This document shows, in pieces, positions 7,141 through 8,595 of a DNA stretch of 8,595 bases. Below the pieces are notes generated by a model. That model saw nothing but the letters and a program-made list of their open reading frames with translations. It was not told where the DNA came from and did no database searches. The translations under genes were made by a program, and so were the position numbers. The stretch spans positions 1 through 8,595 of the forward strand of contig JAAOMT010000247.1 in the NCBI GenBank assembly GCA_016748015.1. The letters run 5' to 3'. Each line of letters starts with the position of its first letter. The first letter of the stretch is position 1. Origin of the DNA: Geosiphon pyriformis uo1 (lineage: Eukaryota; Fungi; Glomeromycota).

Positions 7141-8595
7141 TCATAGTATAGCTTAGCAAGCAAACGTCAGAAAGGCCGAGGGGAGTACTGGTATATTTTG
7201 CAAAGGAGCACGTAACCAGCCAGTAGTGCACTTCTAGGACTTGTTATCCATGATTGATAGCCCTTATGACCAACCATTCCCGTTTTGTGTACTACTCCAA
7301 CACATCCAAATCAAAGGTTATCCCCAATACCCCCAAACCAGGATAATTGCCCATCCCCCCGAGCACAAGAGCCCCAACCAATCCCCCCCCAGTACCAACC
7401 ACGAGCCACCATAACCATATCAACCACCAATCATAACTACTACCAACCATACCAAGTACCCAACCAATGGACCCCTCTGCCAACACCCTCTCCAGGGTCC
7501 CAAAAACTGCCAAATCCCCCCCAAAAACAATCAGATCCCCAGTCCCCCCCAGTACTCTGGTATTGGGCAGTTTGATGTGCAAGACTGATGTGTGATGGGA
7601 CCCAAACTCTAATTGCAAGCCTCGTCATGGGTATTTACCCAACCACCACCAACCAGTACAAGTAGTAGCCCTGGGATAGGGGCCTTTACCACCCCGGTGG
7701 GATAGTGCTGTCTGCCATAAGACTCCTGGGGATGGGGGCCATAAAATCCCTTTTTATACAACCCACCACCCAATACCATACCCACACCCAGCTAAAACCA
7801 GTCCCCCAACCACTCAAAGTCCCCAACACTACTGGGAGAGAGCCATTGTCCCAAACGTAACCAAATACAAATCCCAATCCACAACCTCCCCTGACTACCA
7901 CAGGAACCAAAACAGGGTTGATGGTGTAATGATTTGGTACCCCCAAATACAAGGGTCTGGTTTGTGATGGTGATTTGGATGGTGAGGGGGGATAGTAAAA
8001 TGGGTATTTGGTATGGTGTGGATGAGGTATTTGGGGATACATGGTGATTACGGGTATTGGGTATCTAGATCACTGGGATCCATGGGTATCCGTATCCATT
8101 TGGGATTCGTACCCCATATCACAGTTTGGGTTGGGGATCCATTTAGGGGTTTGGTGGATCCTTGTATACCTGTAGAAAAATGGGTGGGATCCAGATACCA
8201 ATGTATCTGGGATACGGGGGACTTGTGTACCCATTGGGATACTGGGATACCTTGTATTTAGGGTATAGATGTGGTATCCATTGGTGGTTTTGGGGATCCA
8301 TCCATTTGTGTATACGGTATCCAAGTATCCATGGTTTTTTGGGATCCCATTGTGTATCAGGATCCAACAGTTCTTATCATATGATAAAGGGGTACCTATA
8401 CCCAATACATACTCAATACCTGCCATGGGGGGGGATATTTGATCCCCCAACAAGTAGGTATCTTATATACACCATCAACCTTTACACAACTGCTCTATGG
8501 GGGGGTAAGCGCCTCCCGAGGCAGCAGGGGCTTTCTCCCACCAGTAGGTCTAAAGTATCCCAAGTTCCCCCCCTAACCTTTGCGTGGGGGGGGGG
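6615..8595 (+). repeat. Long direct repeat, copy 2 (clipped by window end, inside a G homopolymer)
   Basis: Matches 1-1981 up to the last base of the window (…CTTTGCGT followed by G10). Confidence 0.98.
7913..8483. mobile_element. Second copy of the putative TIR element (nested element at 8040-8427)
   Basis: Copy of 1299-1869 within the long direct repeat. Confidence 0.5.

Noticed and set aside
1-8595. Autonomous LTR retrotransposon with ~2-kb LTRs
   Set aside because: No TG..CA termini, no PBS/PPT at the visible repeat edges, and no gag/pol motifs in 1982-6614. A non-autonomous element with window-clipped repeats cannot be fully excluded.

Overview
The window is one 6614-bp unit plus a second copy of its first 1981 bp (1-1981 = 6615-8595; no differences seen in spot checks, and the ORF translations are identical). 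It is either an untrimmed circular contig or part of a very young tandem or long-terminal repeat. I recognise no intact protein-coding gene, rRNA, tRNA, CRISPR array, Rep, capsid, transposase or RT, and the short ORFs in the track mostly look like by-products of strand-skewed low-complexity DNA. The DNA is strongly CpG-poor and rich in GTA/TAC, which looks like cytosine-methylation/deamination decay (MIP/RIP-like). Under that decay I can make out (i) a ~570-bp element bounded by CAGGGTTGATGGTGTA-type inverted repeats, with a second GGATCC/GGATAC-rich inverted-repeat element nested inside; (ii) a minus-strand two-exon gene relic (3326-2641) with a fungal-type 92-nt GT..TACTGAC..TAG intron and only TGA internal stops; (iii) a ~1.9-kb minus-strand coding-like relic (7140-5284) that runs straight across the repeat boundary; and (iv) a ~35-bp CpG-dense island just upstream of relic (ii). 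My best inference is eukaryotic, probably fungal, repeat-derived DNA in a circular or tandemly amplified 6.6-kb unit. No product can be named from the sequence alone.
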